The position numbers and the translations under genes are program-made. This document shows positions 11,050-24,905 of a DNA stretch of 64,000 nt, piece after piece. The notes beneath the pieces were generated by a model, which was given only the letters and a program-made list of their open reading frames with translations, ran no database searches and was not told where the DNA came from. Origin of the DNA: Ptychomitrium polyphyllum (Eukaryota); NCBI GenBank assembly GCA_973851085.1, contig OZ316776.1, forward strand, positions 8,556,001 to 8,620,000, read 5' to 3'. Position 1 is the first letter of the stretch. Each line of letters starts with the position of its first letter.

Positions 11050-14000
11050 ATGGCGGCTATGGCCTCTGGCGCGCTGCTTGGGGTTGCAAAGTCGCAGTTT
11101 GCGGGGCGGTTGGAGGGCGGGGAGAGCGTGGGTGGTGGTTGGGGACGGGGTCATGCGGTGCAAGGTGGCGGTTTTGGAGGGGTGATGGTGCGGGGGGGAG
11201 GGTGGAGGTGGAGTGGTGAGACGCAGCGAAGGAGGGGTCTGTGCATTGTGGCTGCGAGTCCGCCGAAGGACGATGCGATTCGGAGCGAGGAGCCCCTTAC
11301 GAGGCGGGATTTGGTTGCGTATCTGGCTAGTGGGTGTAAACCTAAGGAAAGGTGGAGGTGAGTGGGTTTTAAATTTTGAGTCTAGTTTTTTGTTTTGTAT
11401 TTTGGTGGGGGACGTTTTGTTGTGTTGATGTAGAAACGGTAGCTGAAAATGTTACTCACGGCTGGATTGTATGAAAGGGAAGGAGAGTGGGGCATGGGGT
11501 CTCTTAATTTTGGCTTGATTCTTCAATGCAGCTGGGTTTTGAGCATTTTTTGTGGCTGAGGCTAGAGAGATGAGAGCCAGTGTTTGCGAATGTGGTGTGT
11601 GTTGTGATTGATGTGAGGGAGTTCGTGGAGTTGTGCAGGATCGGAACTGAGCATGAGAAATTTGGGTTTCGGCTTGACAATCTGCAGCCCATGACGTACG
11701 ACGAAATTAGGCTGCTTTTGGAGGGGATGTCGGAGCGTTTTGAGTGGGATAGGGTTATGGAAGGTGACAACATAATCGGGCTGACATTTGTAAGCTTTTC
11801 AATTCTTCTATAGTTTAGTGTGGAGTGATATTCACCGATGCCCAGTGGAAGAAATTTAGTACTGATTGTGCAGTTGGGGTTAGGGTGACCTCACGGTGTA
11901 ATGGTTAGTAGATTTGTTTTCGATTAATCTCCTGTGGAATAGAGGAAGGTGTAAGGCGCACACGTAGAAAGGATTTGAATGGTAAGAGTCTAGCGTTGTG
12001 AGAGATTATGACGATTGGAATATATTTTTATGAGAAATGCAGAGAGGTCAAAGTGTCTCCCTTGAACCTGGAGGTCAGTTTGAATTGAGTGGTGCGCCTC
12101 TCCGAACACTTCACCAAACATGTGCGGAAGTGAATTCTCATTTATATCAGGTATTACAGCAGTGTCACTTGCTTTGAGTGTTCTGGAGATTCAGTCATTT
12201 TTTAGCTCAAAGCTTCCATAAAGGTTTCCGGTTTAGCTCTGTTCATGAATTCTATCTCATTTGTAATATATGGAGTAGAATGTAAGTAATGATGGTCTGT
12301 GGGAAAATCCAGGAAGTGATGTGTAGAGCTACGAGTTTTGCAGGTGAAGACTGTCGCAGAGGAGGTCGGTCTGGGCTTCGCAGGCATCGGGTTCCAACCG
12401 AAGTGGAGTGTAGCAGAGACCCCCATTATGCCCAAGGTAGATATCTGAGCGACAGGAGGGACGTACTAAAATTTGTCCTACTTATCTTTTGTTGATGATA
12501 CCGGGATTCTCATGAAGAGTATCGTGTTGCTGTCCTCTAATAGTACCTGCGAATCTGCATGATATTTCTTTTCTGACTGATGCAGAGTCTATATTCCAAC
12601 TGTGGTGCTTTGTGCAAGAAAGGCTGGAGGTATAATACCCTACGTGCCTTTTGGATGGTTAGTGAGAATTCTGCAATGGTTGGAAACAGGGCAGGTATGA
12701 AATAATGCGGAATTACATGCCAAAAGTTGGCTCGTTTGGTCTAGACATGATGTTCCGCACATGCACAGTTCAGGTGCTCTACTACACCTTCCCTCCCTCA
12801 ATATCTATTCCAATTTAATTTTTTATTTGACTACTTCATATTAGTTTTTTTAGGTCTGACTCAATCTATCTAGAGAGACCATTAGTTTTTGGTCAGTCTG
12901 TCGTGTGATTTATGGGTTTGTCGTAGGTTTTTGTTCACGGTGTTATGTTTACTTCAATTTTCATTTTTTCTTTGCTGTTGTGATATAGTTGGTGAAGGCG
13001 CCCTTCACTACTGAAGAACTGCCACTTAACTTGAATTTACTTGCAGGTCAACCTGGACTTCGATTCAGAGGAAGATATGGTTAAGAAGTTCCGCGTGGGC
13101 CTTGCCCTACAGCCTGTAAGTAACAGAACTCCCTTTTTTCGTTCGCATGACTTCTTCTGACCAATATATTCCTGTACTTGTATTCTAGACGAAATTAAAC
13201 TTGTAAACATGCCTTTGAGGTGCTTTTGCAGTAATAAGCCCTTGCGATTGTTTTGCTGACAGATTGCAACAGCTCTTTTCGCAAATTCTCCTTTCACCGA
13301 AGGGAAACCAAATGGTTATTTGAGTTTCAGGAGGTGAGAAAGTTAGCTGTTAAGTTTTTAAAAACCTGTTTCTTTCCGTCCGCCGAACAACTGGATGATG
13401 AGATAATATGTTGGGTCATCGTTTTGTAATCTACTGGAAGAGGATCGAGCGCCTGTTCCTCTATGTTAATATCTCAAGCTGCAATTGTGTTTGGATTGGC
13501 CAAATTACAGTCAGATATGGACAGACGTTGACAAGAGCCGCTCAGGAGACTTGCCATTTGTTTTTGAAGATGGTTTTGGGTAAGTGAAAACCGGATCTTA
13601 AAAGGAAGTTGGTTTTGGAGTTCACCTGGAGAATGAGTTAATTGTTTTAATGCTTTTATCTCTAGCATCTATTTGCCCTCTGTGATTTGTAGATTTAACA
13701 TTTTCAAACCAATTGAACAGATTTGTATATAGTGCAACTATTAGCTTTTATCGTCCAGTGCTTGCACAAGTGTTCAGACTTGGCAGTAGTCAGTCTGTTG
13801 AGTTTATTTGCTGGTTATAGTACATGCCGTTTCTCATTGAAGAACTACTGATTTCAGGTTTGAAAAGTATGTCGATTATGCACTAAATGTGCCCATGTAC
13901 TTCGTTTATCGAAATGGTCAGTATGTTGACTGCGCTGGTCTATCGTTTAAGGTAATCTCTGCAATAGATGGAGCTAGTTTTTTTAAATTCCCATCGTTCA

Positions 14001-15740
14001 GTTTCTATTGAAGGACCTGATCACTGTTCCTTTCAAGCGTATATTCTGCAAACTGTGCCGGCTTTCGAAATTTCTTCTATTGTTCTGAGATGTATGATGG
14101 CTAGGGTAAAGTCTTTGCAAATGAGTTGCAGTGACAGTACGATGAGATAGAAGCTTACATTCTTCAGTAGTGCAACGTTTGTTGATTAAAAGATTTTTGT
14201 GTATTCTGCAGGATTTTCTGGAGGGGAAGTTGTCTGTTCTACCTGGAGAGAAACCGACATTGAGTGATTGGGAAAATCACTTAACAACCATCTTTCCTGA
14301 GGTTTTTCCCAACTCATTTCTGAGTTGAACACGTTAAGATTTTGATTGGCGTACCAAGTGGCATCCGATTTTAAGAAAAATATCTCATTTGGATTTCAAG
14401 GTCAATACTTGTATAAACATTACATGTTTACAGGCATTGCAACTTATGAACTGGTTTTGTTTTAAGTTTTCTTGTTTCTTTCATCTTGAACTGGTATTCT
14501 TTCAATTGAATTACATAACATGGGTTGATCTGCATCGTTGTACGGCAGGTGAGACTAAAGCGCTACTTGGAGATGAGGGGAGCTGATGGTGGCCCATGGC
14601 GACGATTGTGTGCTTTACCTGCTTTCTGGGTACGTTGGCATCTGTATCGTCGGTTACGAAAACTTAGAGATGCCAATTGCAGTGGAATAAAATTGAACCA
14701 CTTGACATAATTCAGTTTGAATGGTGTTGTGTATTCATGACTAGCAGCAGTAAGCTTTGCTCTTGTTTCCTACGTAAGAACTCTTGTGTTGGTCATTTGT
14801 AGACGGGCATTTTATATGACGAAGCATCGCTTCAAGGCGCTTTGGATATCATTAGCGATTGGACTGAGAAGGAGCGTGCGATTCTCCGTCAAAAGGTTGG
14901 TGTGCTTTCTGATAGTGTCTATGGCTATTTCGACAATGATCTGAGATTGCTATGTTAACAAAGTATCAAATTTAGGAAACTAGAATGGTTGGCAGTTGCT
15001 CTGTTGGTTTCTTATATTTGCAGATCAAGTGTTTAACGTCTGTGCGGACTTCCGCTTTATGTATAGTGAACATTATATTGCAAAATTGATGAGTTTAGAA
15101 CAACCAACTGCTGGTTGTGGACTTTATCAGGTTCCAAAGCAGGGTCTGAACGTTCCTTTTAGGGATGGGCTCCTGAAGCACGTGGCACAGGATGTCTTCA
15201 AACTTGCTAAGGTATGGGCTGCTTTGCAAAATGATTTTCCGTCTCGCATTACTGAATATTTGACATGGAAACAGTGTTTTAGTTGTAAGGTCACAGTTAG
15301 TTGATTTGAATCTGAAAGAATCCTACTAATCACGTAGCATAACCATGTGTATTAGTTAATGATATGCTATTAAAATCTCTGGGATTATTAATCTCTTTCT
15401 CAAAATTGGGTGGAAAGCAGGATGGGTTGACTCGGCGAGGGCTTAACGAGGTTGGATTCTTGAAAGACATGGAGGAAACTGTGAGAACAGGTAAGCGTTG
15501 CTACCGTTACTTTCTCCTTTGATGTGACCTAAAAGGAGGTGAATTTTGGAAGGCTTGGGACAAGGAGGTTTAGGAAGGTGTGAATTTCCTGAGTCTTAGG
15601 TGATGATTACCACAATCTAAATTTGTTGTGTTTTATTGTTTTTGTGTGCAGGCATAACCCCTGCAGAGCATCTTTTGAAGCTTTATCATGAGAAGTGGGG
15701 TGAAAGTGTTGACCCTGTTTTCGAGCACCTTTTGTATTAG
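11050..15740 (+). CDS. GSH1: Glutamate--cysteine ligase (gamma-glutamylcysteine synthetase), plastid-type, 15 exons
   Basis: Gly/Arg/Ala-rich transit-like leader, then [149 protein letters not shown] (TAG 15738-15740). All introns are GT-AG. Confidence 0.97.
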
Positions 15741-16214
15741 ATATATACAGCAGTTGGAATAGTTTCTGGATGTATAAGACAAAGATGCAGGTAGATCTTT
15801 TACTAGCTTGGAGAAGGCTTTGCATAGTTGGAAAGGTCATTAAATTGTGAACTGGTCACCTTAACAAAGGTCAAAGACCGTGCAAATTTCGATTCTTTCT
15901 TTAATCTGTACGGTAGATGTTAGGTAGAGTTCAGTAGCAAGTGAAGTGCTCCTGCTATACATGCCTAAGTGGCAAATTGGAAGTGAATGTAACGTTTTTC
16001 ACTAGTTGATGAGCTTTTTCAGATTGGTTGGCTGGGTCACTGATCCTTTGTGTAAACTAAATGTTTCTGGAGCATGTGTGGACGACGTGAAATTGCGACT
16101 GAGCTATGAACAGATTTTGAGTACGAACTAAAGAATGAGAACATTCTCACCTTTAATTTTATTTACAGTATTTGCATTAATCTTTGAGGGTAGTGATAAG
16201 TTACCAATGAACCT

Positions 16215-16276
16215 CCGGTCTCCAAGGTTTTCCAAGAATTCCCCATCCTTGGAAATTCTTGGAGAATGGAGAACGG
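16215..16276. other. Short imperfect stem-loop downstream of GSH1
   Basis: ttttccaagaattcc pairs with ggaaattcttggagaa; outer ctcca/tggag and ccg/cgg pairs. Confidence 0.35.
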
Positions 16277-16727
16277 GAATGAATGAGAAGATTCATTAGG
16301 AACTTGCTACCTCACTCAACTTTCTCCTTCCAAAGTAGGAGGAAATGACTCGGGCTAACCATTTCTCGTCAAAATATTTTAACCATGAAATGTATCTCTG
16401 CTGTGTGACAACCGCAGTACAACTCCAGCCCTGCTAGCGCTCGTAGTACATACTCAGGCATGATGTAGGGAGGCTGTCACTCATCCCAATCTGCTGCAAC
16501 ACAAAACCTAAACCAAAATTGTATTGTTCCCCTGCAAGAAGTAAGGGAATCTCATATTCCAGCATTCTATAAACCATTTCGCACAATTATTCACAACACT
16601 TCATCAACCACCAAATTTACAATTAACACCACTTTGTGAATGACGCTTCTTTGTGCCAAGTTTGGTGCATTGAAAATAACAAGATTAAATATCACCAATT
16701 TATCAACCTTGACACCTAATGTGAAAT

Positions 16728-16810
16728 GTTCAAACCAATTATATAAAAACTTCTATATATATTTGATAGTTCAAACCAATTATATAAAAACTTCTATATA
16801 TGTTTGATAG
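16728..16810. repeat. 41-bp tandem duplication
   Basis: gttcaaaccaattatataaaaacttctatatatRtttgata occurs twice, with one mismatch. Confidence 0.85.
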
Positions 16811-18470
16811 AAAGTTGAAGTTGGAGGAAGAAACAATATGATATCACAAGAATAAAATAGTGTTGTATATATTTGTAACCACATGCAATTCAAATTTCAA
16901 AACTTTAAGGTTAAAGTAAAACTTAATAATTTATTAAATTAACAAATTATCTTTTGCTCTACATGATACAATGCTTAGCACTTGCAAAAGTGAAATAAAG
17001 TAGGCTTTTAGTTCCAATACTCTTGGATCATAGTAAACAATCATACAATTAAAAAATGTTATAAAAATTATATATGATGTTGTATATAATATTATGATTT
17101 ATGTCTTGGGGTTTGTAAAATTTAGATGTTTTGCACAAATCTTCATATGTATGTGTAATGCATCTTAGACACTACAATATTTACATATTTGGTATAAGAA
17201 ATCAAATTTTATTACAACTCATATAAAAAGAGCAATATGACAATATTTAAGTTTTTGACAAAATAAAACTATACCAAAAATCAAGAAAGGCTTAATTAGT
17301 CAAAACTATTTAACAAGCATAGAAAGACATGTCTATGAAGACACTTGAAGTATTCATTCTTAGAGCTTTTTTTTATGAGGGTCATGATTAGTGCCAATAA
17401 TGGTAGCACTAGATGATAAGAACATTTAATAAAAACCCTATAGTTGTGTGATTTTACAACTTTGTTGTGCAACTTATCATGCCATAAATTAAGCTCTATT
17501 GCCTTTCTAATGCACTTTATACTTTCTTATTAGAAGTTATCAAATGTGTTTTAAAATTTCCAAAAATTGCCTTAAAAATAAAATTCGAAGTAAATATGGA
17601 CCTTAATGTAGAATACTCTAGTTTTCATTTGTATTGGCATTATAGGGTTCCTTTGTATGTAGATTTCTCTTTTGGATCACTATCACATTATTCTTCAATG
17701 AACCCTCATGAATACCCTTTTCAAATGACTCATTCTGTTTTCTAAAGGCTCCGTTCTGTTTTGAGAAATTTATAAGACTCCTAAACGATGAGGAAGTTTG
17801 GACTCCAAATCACCAGACTAGACTCGTACCTTCATACATTGGGAACCCATACACTTGACTGTCACATGTCATCCTTGTCATGAATTATAGAATTCCCACA
17901 AGGTGACGGGGAGGTGCTTCAACTGCTGCTGTGCTGAAGAATGTTATGACTGTATGCAAGCTCTGGGTGTGTGTGGGCTTTGGAGAATTGCAGGTGGGAA
18001 ATGATTACTGTCCTTCCCAGCAACCTTAGAGCAGAAATCTACCAATAAGAACCATTATGGAAGGTGGGGCATCTGGAACTTGCGACACCACTTAGTGCAT
18101 CCATCGCATGGCGAGGGTGCAAAATCAGTACTCAATGTGAAGTCTGTTTACTTGAACAGGTCACACAGGTACTCCTGACTGCCTTCTCTACTGGACTACT
18201 CAAGAGTGCATCCAGTGCGTACTTACAGAGATGATCAAAATCTGTAATTTCATCCTGGTGTGCTCCCAAAAATCAGAAAACAAAAGGCACTAGGAAACTA
18301 GTGTTGGTGTGTAGCAGTACCAAATCCATCATAGATACCCCCAGGTTGTAACTGTTCAAAGTGACCCATGTGGGAGTGTGATATGACACTGGCCTACTGA
18401 GTTGTTGGCTGCAGTTGGTTCTTTTTCAATTTTACTGTTAAGCTACACTTTTCCTGGTTACTCATGCAGA

Positions 18471-18604
18471 ACTTCGTTGATACTTCGTTGATACTTCGTT
18501 GATACTTCGTTGATACTTCGTTGATACTTCGTTGATACTTCGTTGATACTTCGTTGATACTTCGTTGATACTTCGTTGATAATTCGTTGATACTTCGTTG
18601 ATAC
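18471..18604. repeat. Minisatellite (ACTTCGTTGAT) x12
   Basis: Twelve 11-bp units; one variant (AATTCGTTGAT at 18581). Confidence 0.98.
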
Positions 18605-20959
18605 CATGGTGGTACACAGGTAATATGGAGGTGAATTTTGAATGTACACCATAATTTCCTGTAGGATTTTGGCTATTTTTTTATTCTCGTTTTCTGAAAT
18701 CCTTTATTAAAATATGTCACCATGTTTTAAATGTGGCAAATTGGTTACAAATAGCATTTAAACAATAATCAAGAATTGGTTAACTACTCCAAGATATTAT
18801 CCAATTATAAATGGAATTCCTAAGTTTTGGCAATTCATAAAATTCAAGCATTAAAGTAAGAGCCTCCAAACTTATCCGTGATTTAATTTTGCCCTTCATT
18901 ATTGGAATATGATTAAAGCTCCACAAAATCCAAAATAGACTAAGTTATAGTTTATAATTTCCAACACACATTTCCATAAAGCATCAATTAATTTGATTTC
19001 ATTGATTCAATGTTAATAAAGTTCTTTCTTCTCTTGACAAGCAATCATGTAACATTTAGTCTACTAATAGCCTTATTTGGGTTCTTCATGTTCCATTTTG
19101 AAATAAACTCTGACCAAAAGTAGGAGGCTTGAAAGTTTTTTAATTAAAATCAATAAAATATTCAATATTTATTCAAAACATTTGATTTTGCCACCATTAT
19201 ATTTTGTCTTTATTTGCTAATCTTTCAAATATGATTCCACATGCACTTATATATTATAAATAATTGCAATAGAAAGGTGGTTGCTTTTAGGTGGTTTTAA
19301 CTTACAAAACACTCTAAAAGCAATATCATGGCAATCTTCTATTCACAAATCAATATAAGAAATTGATTCTAAACTATATGAAGTGTGCTTGACAAATGAA
19401 CAATAAATTCAAAGTTACATAAGACGTGTAAATTCCAGTGAAAGGTTTTTCTAGTATAAGACTTAAAATATCATATAAAAATTTATGCTCTAATCTTTTG
19501 AACTTGCCATGCATAGAAGAAGTTGTGAAGATGCATTTCATTATTTTGCTTAGTATATGGAAAATCTATCTACTAAAGGTACTATTTTGAAATCTAAATT
19601 GTCTTGAATTAAAAGGGGAGGGGGGAGATATATGTAGCCAAATTGCCATCTTTACTTGTATCTTCTTGTATCTTTTACATCTTGTTTTCTATGATGCTAG
19701 GTTTGATTGAAATTCGGATTAAGAAATGTCCAATTAAGATTGGAAGGAAACTCATACAACAAAAAAATCACCAAACAAACTCATTATTAGGAAATCGTTG
19801 CGAAAAACACAGAGTAAGCTCATGAAAGGATCACTCTAATATTCAACAAAGTACTAGAAAAGAAACAAAACATAATTCCAGTGTTGTCCGTCATGATGCA
19901 AGGTCACCCAGCTTTAAAACTGGTAGGACACGAACCACACCTCATCCCAAGAAGTACCAAAGAGAAGTGACTCTACACAAAAACAAACCTACCAACCAAA
20001 GTATTGAATCTCTCATGCAGGTTGGGGATATTTTAACCTGCATCTGCTGAGTTGGAAGGACAAACAGCCAATCAAGTGACCTCCACACAAGTAGTCTTTA
20101 ATTTGAGCAAGTTCTGAAAAGGACTTGTGGGCAGAAGGGCAGATGATTCCCAGGTGTGCACACCTTTGGAGGCACTCATGACTCCAGAGGGCAGTGCATG
20201 AAAAGCAAGTTTAGCGATTGCAGTGTAATCATACCGCATGGCTCACAAGCTGAACATGTAGACTAACTGATTTCCATTTAAGCCATGTATCATGAGCTAA
20301 TATTTCCCCTCTGAATACATGCAGCACAGTCCTTATGGCACCATGGGCTTGCCTACCTCAGGCTACTGCACAAGCTTTTCCTAGAATACATCATGAACAA
20401 TCTCTAACAATGGGGCGAATCACCCATAACATAACAACACAATAGCTACAGTTTCTGTAGCAACCCCGTTGTTGTCAATGAACCAGACTTTTCTTAGAAC
20501 ACTCTATCCACATGAGAAACTTGATTTTGACACACTTTAAAACGTTTTATCTGGAACTTGAATGAGTAAGTTATGGATATTTAGAATTAGAAATGTTGGA
20601 GCTTGTGGTGACTACTACAATTATTGCCATTGCTTTGGGTCACAGCAATTAAGTGGTTTTGATGTGATTGTAGAACTGATTGAGAATTCTCATAGGAAGT
20701 GGGATAATATAGGTACCATTATAGCCTCCATCAGTATTAGGTTTCAGTTTGGTTTAAATGAAAGAAAAATAATATGTCTCATGACAATAAACTCAAAAAT
20801 CTGAAAATTACATGATATTAATTTGTTGATACATGTTCACACTAGTTAGACATAGGAACCTCACCTCATCCTTTGGTAACAGGATGTCCTATTTACCAAA
20901 CAATACACTGGCATTAGCATTAATAGTGGTAAACCTTCACCTGGAGCACTGCCACCCAT

Positions 20960-21090
20960 TTGATGGGGTTTTGATGGAGTATTGATGGGGTTTTGATGGA
21001 GTATTGATGGAGTATGGAGTATTGATGGAGTATGGAGTATTGATGGAGTATGGAGTATTGATGGAGTATGGAGTATGGAGTATGGAGTAT
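20960..21090. repeat. Compound minisatellite of TTGATGGAGTA (11-mer) and TGGAGTA (7-mer) units
   Basis: ttgatggggtt/ttgatggagta units, then (ttgatggagtatggagta)n, ending in (tggagta)n. Confidence 0.95.
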
Positions 21091-24000
21091 GAAAATACAA
21101 GTTTGGTCTGGCACACCACCATACTGCTGGCAGAATTGGTAAGTGGAAAGTGCGTCAAAGTTAAACTGTGATGGGGACGTATAAAAACGTCAAATTCCAG
21201 ACTTGTCAGAGATGGATGTTGAGAAACACAGATTCTTATTTATTTAAAAAATAATATATATATATATAGAAAAATAGGATTAAAAAAAGTTGGTAAGAGA
21301 AAAAATTGACTTATTTACAAAACACCTACTATTTTTTTTCCAAGCAATCCTAAGCTAATTTTGTGAAATTTAAACAAATGCATGATGGAATAGCATTGAT
21401 GGTTATGTTTGTTCCAATGTTTAGAATATTGATGCAAGCAACTATTATGATTAGACATGGTAGTCATATTTATTACATAGCAAGTGGTATGAAGCCAAGG
21501 ATGTTCCATTTGTTGCAATATTATATGTAGAAAAAACTAAGCTCTTTTAGATTGCAATGTTGTATATTGGAAGGTCAAATGAAGAAATTGGCATAATAAA
21601 TGAAGAGTAGAATGAACCATGAGATAATAAAGTGCCTTAGTATTGCAATTAGAATGTTGCAAATTAAAAATTTGAAATGACGCCTTTATACGGAACAATT
21701 TTCATTATGTATATTTACATGCACCTTAAACAACAAAAGATTCAAAGATGAAATAACTACATGGTACAATTTTTTTCTTCATTGTTAAAACAATAGTGCA
21801 CATTCTAATAAGATATGCACTTTGTTTAAATTTTTAAACAAAAATGTATTAAAACCAATTAATGATGCTTTTGTATTTTGAGATCAAAGAGATCTAAGAA
21901 TAATTAGTTTGAATACACATTCTTTTAAAACTTGACTGCTTTATATTAAAAAAATTAAAATTTATGAAATTTCTCTTTTGAATAAAACTTAAAACTTGAA
22001 TGAAAGTTTAATGATGAATATTGTGTAGTATCTGCAAAACTATTCAATTTCAACTCAAAAATCAATTAAAATGCATTGCAAAAATTTCTATACTGGATTT
22101 AATAAATTAAATTTATTTGATATAGTTTTTACTTTATAAAATTTACATTAAACTATTCTCAGATTTAAAATATCATATTAAAGAAAATCACAACTTTGAA
22201 TTTTATGATCCTAATAGCTTCATACTACAACTATCCTTGCAACTAAGTTTTATGTCCACATATTAAGTAAATGGCTTCAAAGATTCTATAAGAAAATAAA
22301 TACTTCGAAAATTATTTTTGTTAATTTTTTTATCTTAGTTGAATTCAAGCATTTTCATTCATCTTTGATTTTATACTTATATGCATTTATTAACCAATAT
22401 GTGAGACTTGCAAAATTCTAAATGTAAAAATAGATTGAAAATTGTAAATAAGGTGCATTTATAAGAATACCATAGTATAAAATTACAATGTGATGAATGA
22501 AAAGCATGTAATTTAATATCACCAATAGTAATAAGATGATAAAAACTTAAGAAAAATTTGAAAAAGAATATTATTTTTTGGAAGTTCTTTGCTTAAACGT
22601 TTTATATTTAAGATGGTAACCATTGCCACAAGGTATGGTATTCTTTTATTGAAAAAAATTAAATCTCTTGCCCGTTAGTTAATAAAGATCATTGTCTTCA
22701 CTGTTACTTAAAAAAATTGCAAGGAATTTTTACATACATAACTAACTATATAAAATCAAATCAATCATTCTTTTTATGTTTTATATATTTACACCATTGA
22801 TTAAGTCATTAATTAATTTAGATTCACTACATGTAAAGAAAATAAGGTAAATCACGTCACATAATATTATACTAGTGAGCTTTGGTATATTTAGGATAAT
22901 GTCATTTGCAAAGCTTAAATCCATGCAAAGTAATGAGGCAAAATAAGCAGTGTTGTCAAGTAGAATAAGTTTGGTAAGAAGACAAGTAGTAATATTTGAA
23001 ATAAGACGCATTTTTAAGTTTTTGGAATGGAACAAGTCACTTATCATTTGAACTCATTCCACATTCATTAATCTCTCCGCAAATTCATGTTTTGATGTTA
23101 ATTTCATGTTCTACTTTCAAAGAAAAAATCCTATAATATAAAAAAAATGTCATTTAAGAACATTTGAGTATCTGAGTGAAGGGTACAAGTGTGATGGGGG
23201 TTGGAAGCATAAAAGTGTTCATAAAGAAACAAAAACAACAATAAAGAGGGTTAAAACTATTTTGCTCCAATAAAAAGAATTAGAATGCAAGCAATTGCCA
23301 GTTCCAAAAATATAACTGGCTTCATTGCCAAGGTACGATAATACCTAAAAAGTACCTACTTATGCACATAGCAAGCATGGAATCTTGGAGCCAAGAGAGG
23401 ATGAGGGAATGGAATTAAAGCCAATTTGAGAGAGGATAAGAGGGCTTGTAGAGATTATCAGACCCAACAGGGGGTGAGGGAAGGGGACCAGAAACTGTTT
23501 ACCACGGAATCTGTGAGATTTTGGATATGATAGAGCGTGGAAGGGCATTTTCAGATCAAAAGCTAGTGTCAATGAACGACATAGCACATATTCCTATCAC
23601 ACTAATGCAAAGTGATCAAAGGGTCCCTTTGAGGGGGCTCTACGGAATCACACGTGTAATTTTCGGAACTGAATTCACATGGAATGCAGCGGCACTGAAA
23701 AGGTCACTTTTGGTTGGTCCTATCTGATCAAGAGTCTGATGATTCTGGTCCTCATTGACACATGAGTAGAGTTGATGATAAGTTGTTCCTATGATCTCAA
23801 GGGAGCTCATAAGGGAATCCTGTCTGCTCTGAGCACATGTCCGGATTCATAAGTCCTCACTGTGGCAGGAAACTCAAGAGCTTGGCATGCAGTGGCAGCC
23901 GCGACCCTGAAACGCAGCTACAGTAGTCTGAAGGGGCACACTGAGTAAACAGTGTATGACGTGGCAATCTATGGCAGCCCCACACTTTTTGAGTGCATCA

Positions 24001-24877
24001 CAGTTATCCGCTAAGTCCGCCCAAATGTGGAAAGTTTTGCAGAACATACTTTCAAACTCATTTCGTATTAAAGTAGCGAGGTGGTCATCACATCAAAGGT
24101 CTTCACACAGGTTTCTGTACGAGGGTAAACGTAAAAGTAAAAAGTACTAAACAATAAGTAGAAAATAGCGAACCACGAACATTAATCAATATAAATATAA
24201 AATTTTAAGAAATAAAATTTAGGAAATAAATAAGTGAAAGTAAAATAGACAAAGGAAAATGAAAAAGACAAGTAAAAATAAAGGTGATTTTTATAAGTGC
24301 ACTTGGAGAGACAGACACCATATGATTGAAAGGTTTCTATCTTTTAAAATTAGCCAAGCACTTCCAAGCTAATTTTTAGTACGTTTAATATACTCTTCAA
24401 TTACTTCCGCAAATGTGGAATGCTTTATTACTTATGTCATAGGTTGTTAATTACTATTATTTGTAGGAAGAATACACTTTAGAAACACAAGGATAAAGAG
24501 TTCTACTTACCTCTACTGGAGCAAGTGAAAATTGGGCAAATCAACTTATAAAGGGCTTTGCAACCTTAAAATAAAGGCACTTAAAAAAATAAATTATACT
24601 TGAAGTAGTGTGGAATGATAGATGGATTTTGTTTCCAAAATGTATTTCATGGATGTTATTGAATTGGAAAGTATAATACTATTAGTATTTTTGCAAAATA
24701 AAATATAAGTAACAAAATATGAGATAGAAGAATTGATTAATATTAGAATACTATGGCTATTTTTTTGTAGACCATTTATTTTTTGTAATAGGAAGTGATT
24801 ATACATTTTAAAGCAATGTAAACATTAAGGAGAATATATAATGTTTAAACATTAATTAAAAAAATTAACTATTAAAC

Positions 24878-24905
24878 AGTAAAAAGTAAAAAGTAAAAAG
24901 TAAAA
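24878..24905. repeat. (AGTAAAA) x4
   Basis: Direct reading. Confidence 0.8.

Noticed and set aside
10457..11428. Many long overlapping ORFs on both strands around the GSH1 5' end
   Set aside because: Stop-poor GC-rich shadows of GSH1 exon 1 and its leader; only the frame from 11050 has homology and splice continuity.
18458..21158. Repetitive ORFs (EVSTKYQRSIN..., LHTPSI...) and a CRISPR-like appearance
   Set aside because: Translations of minisatellites; no unique spacers and no cas genes.
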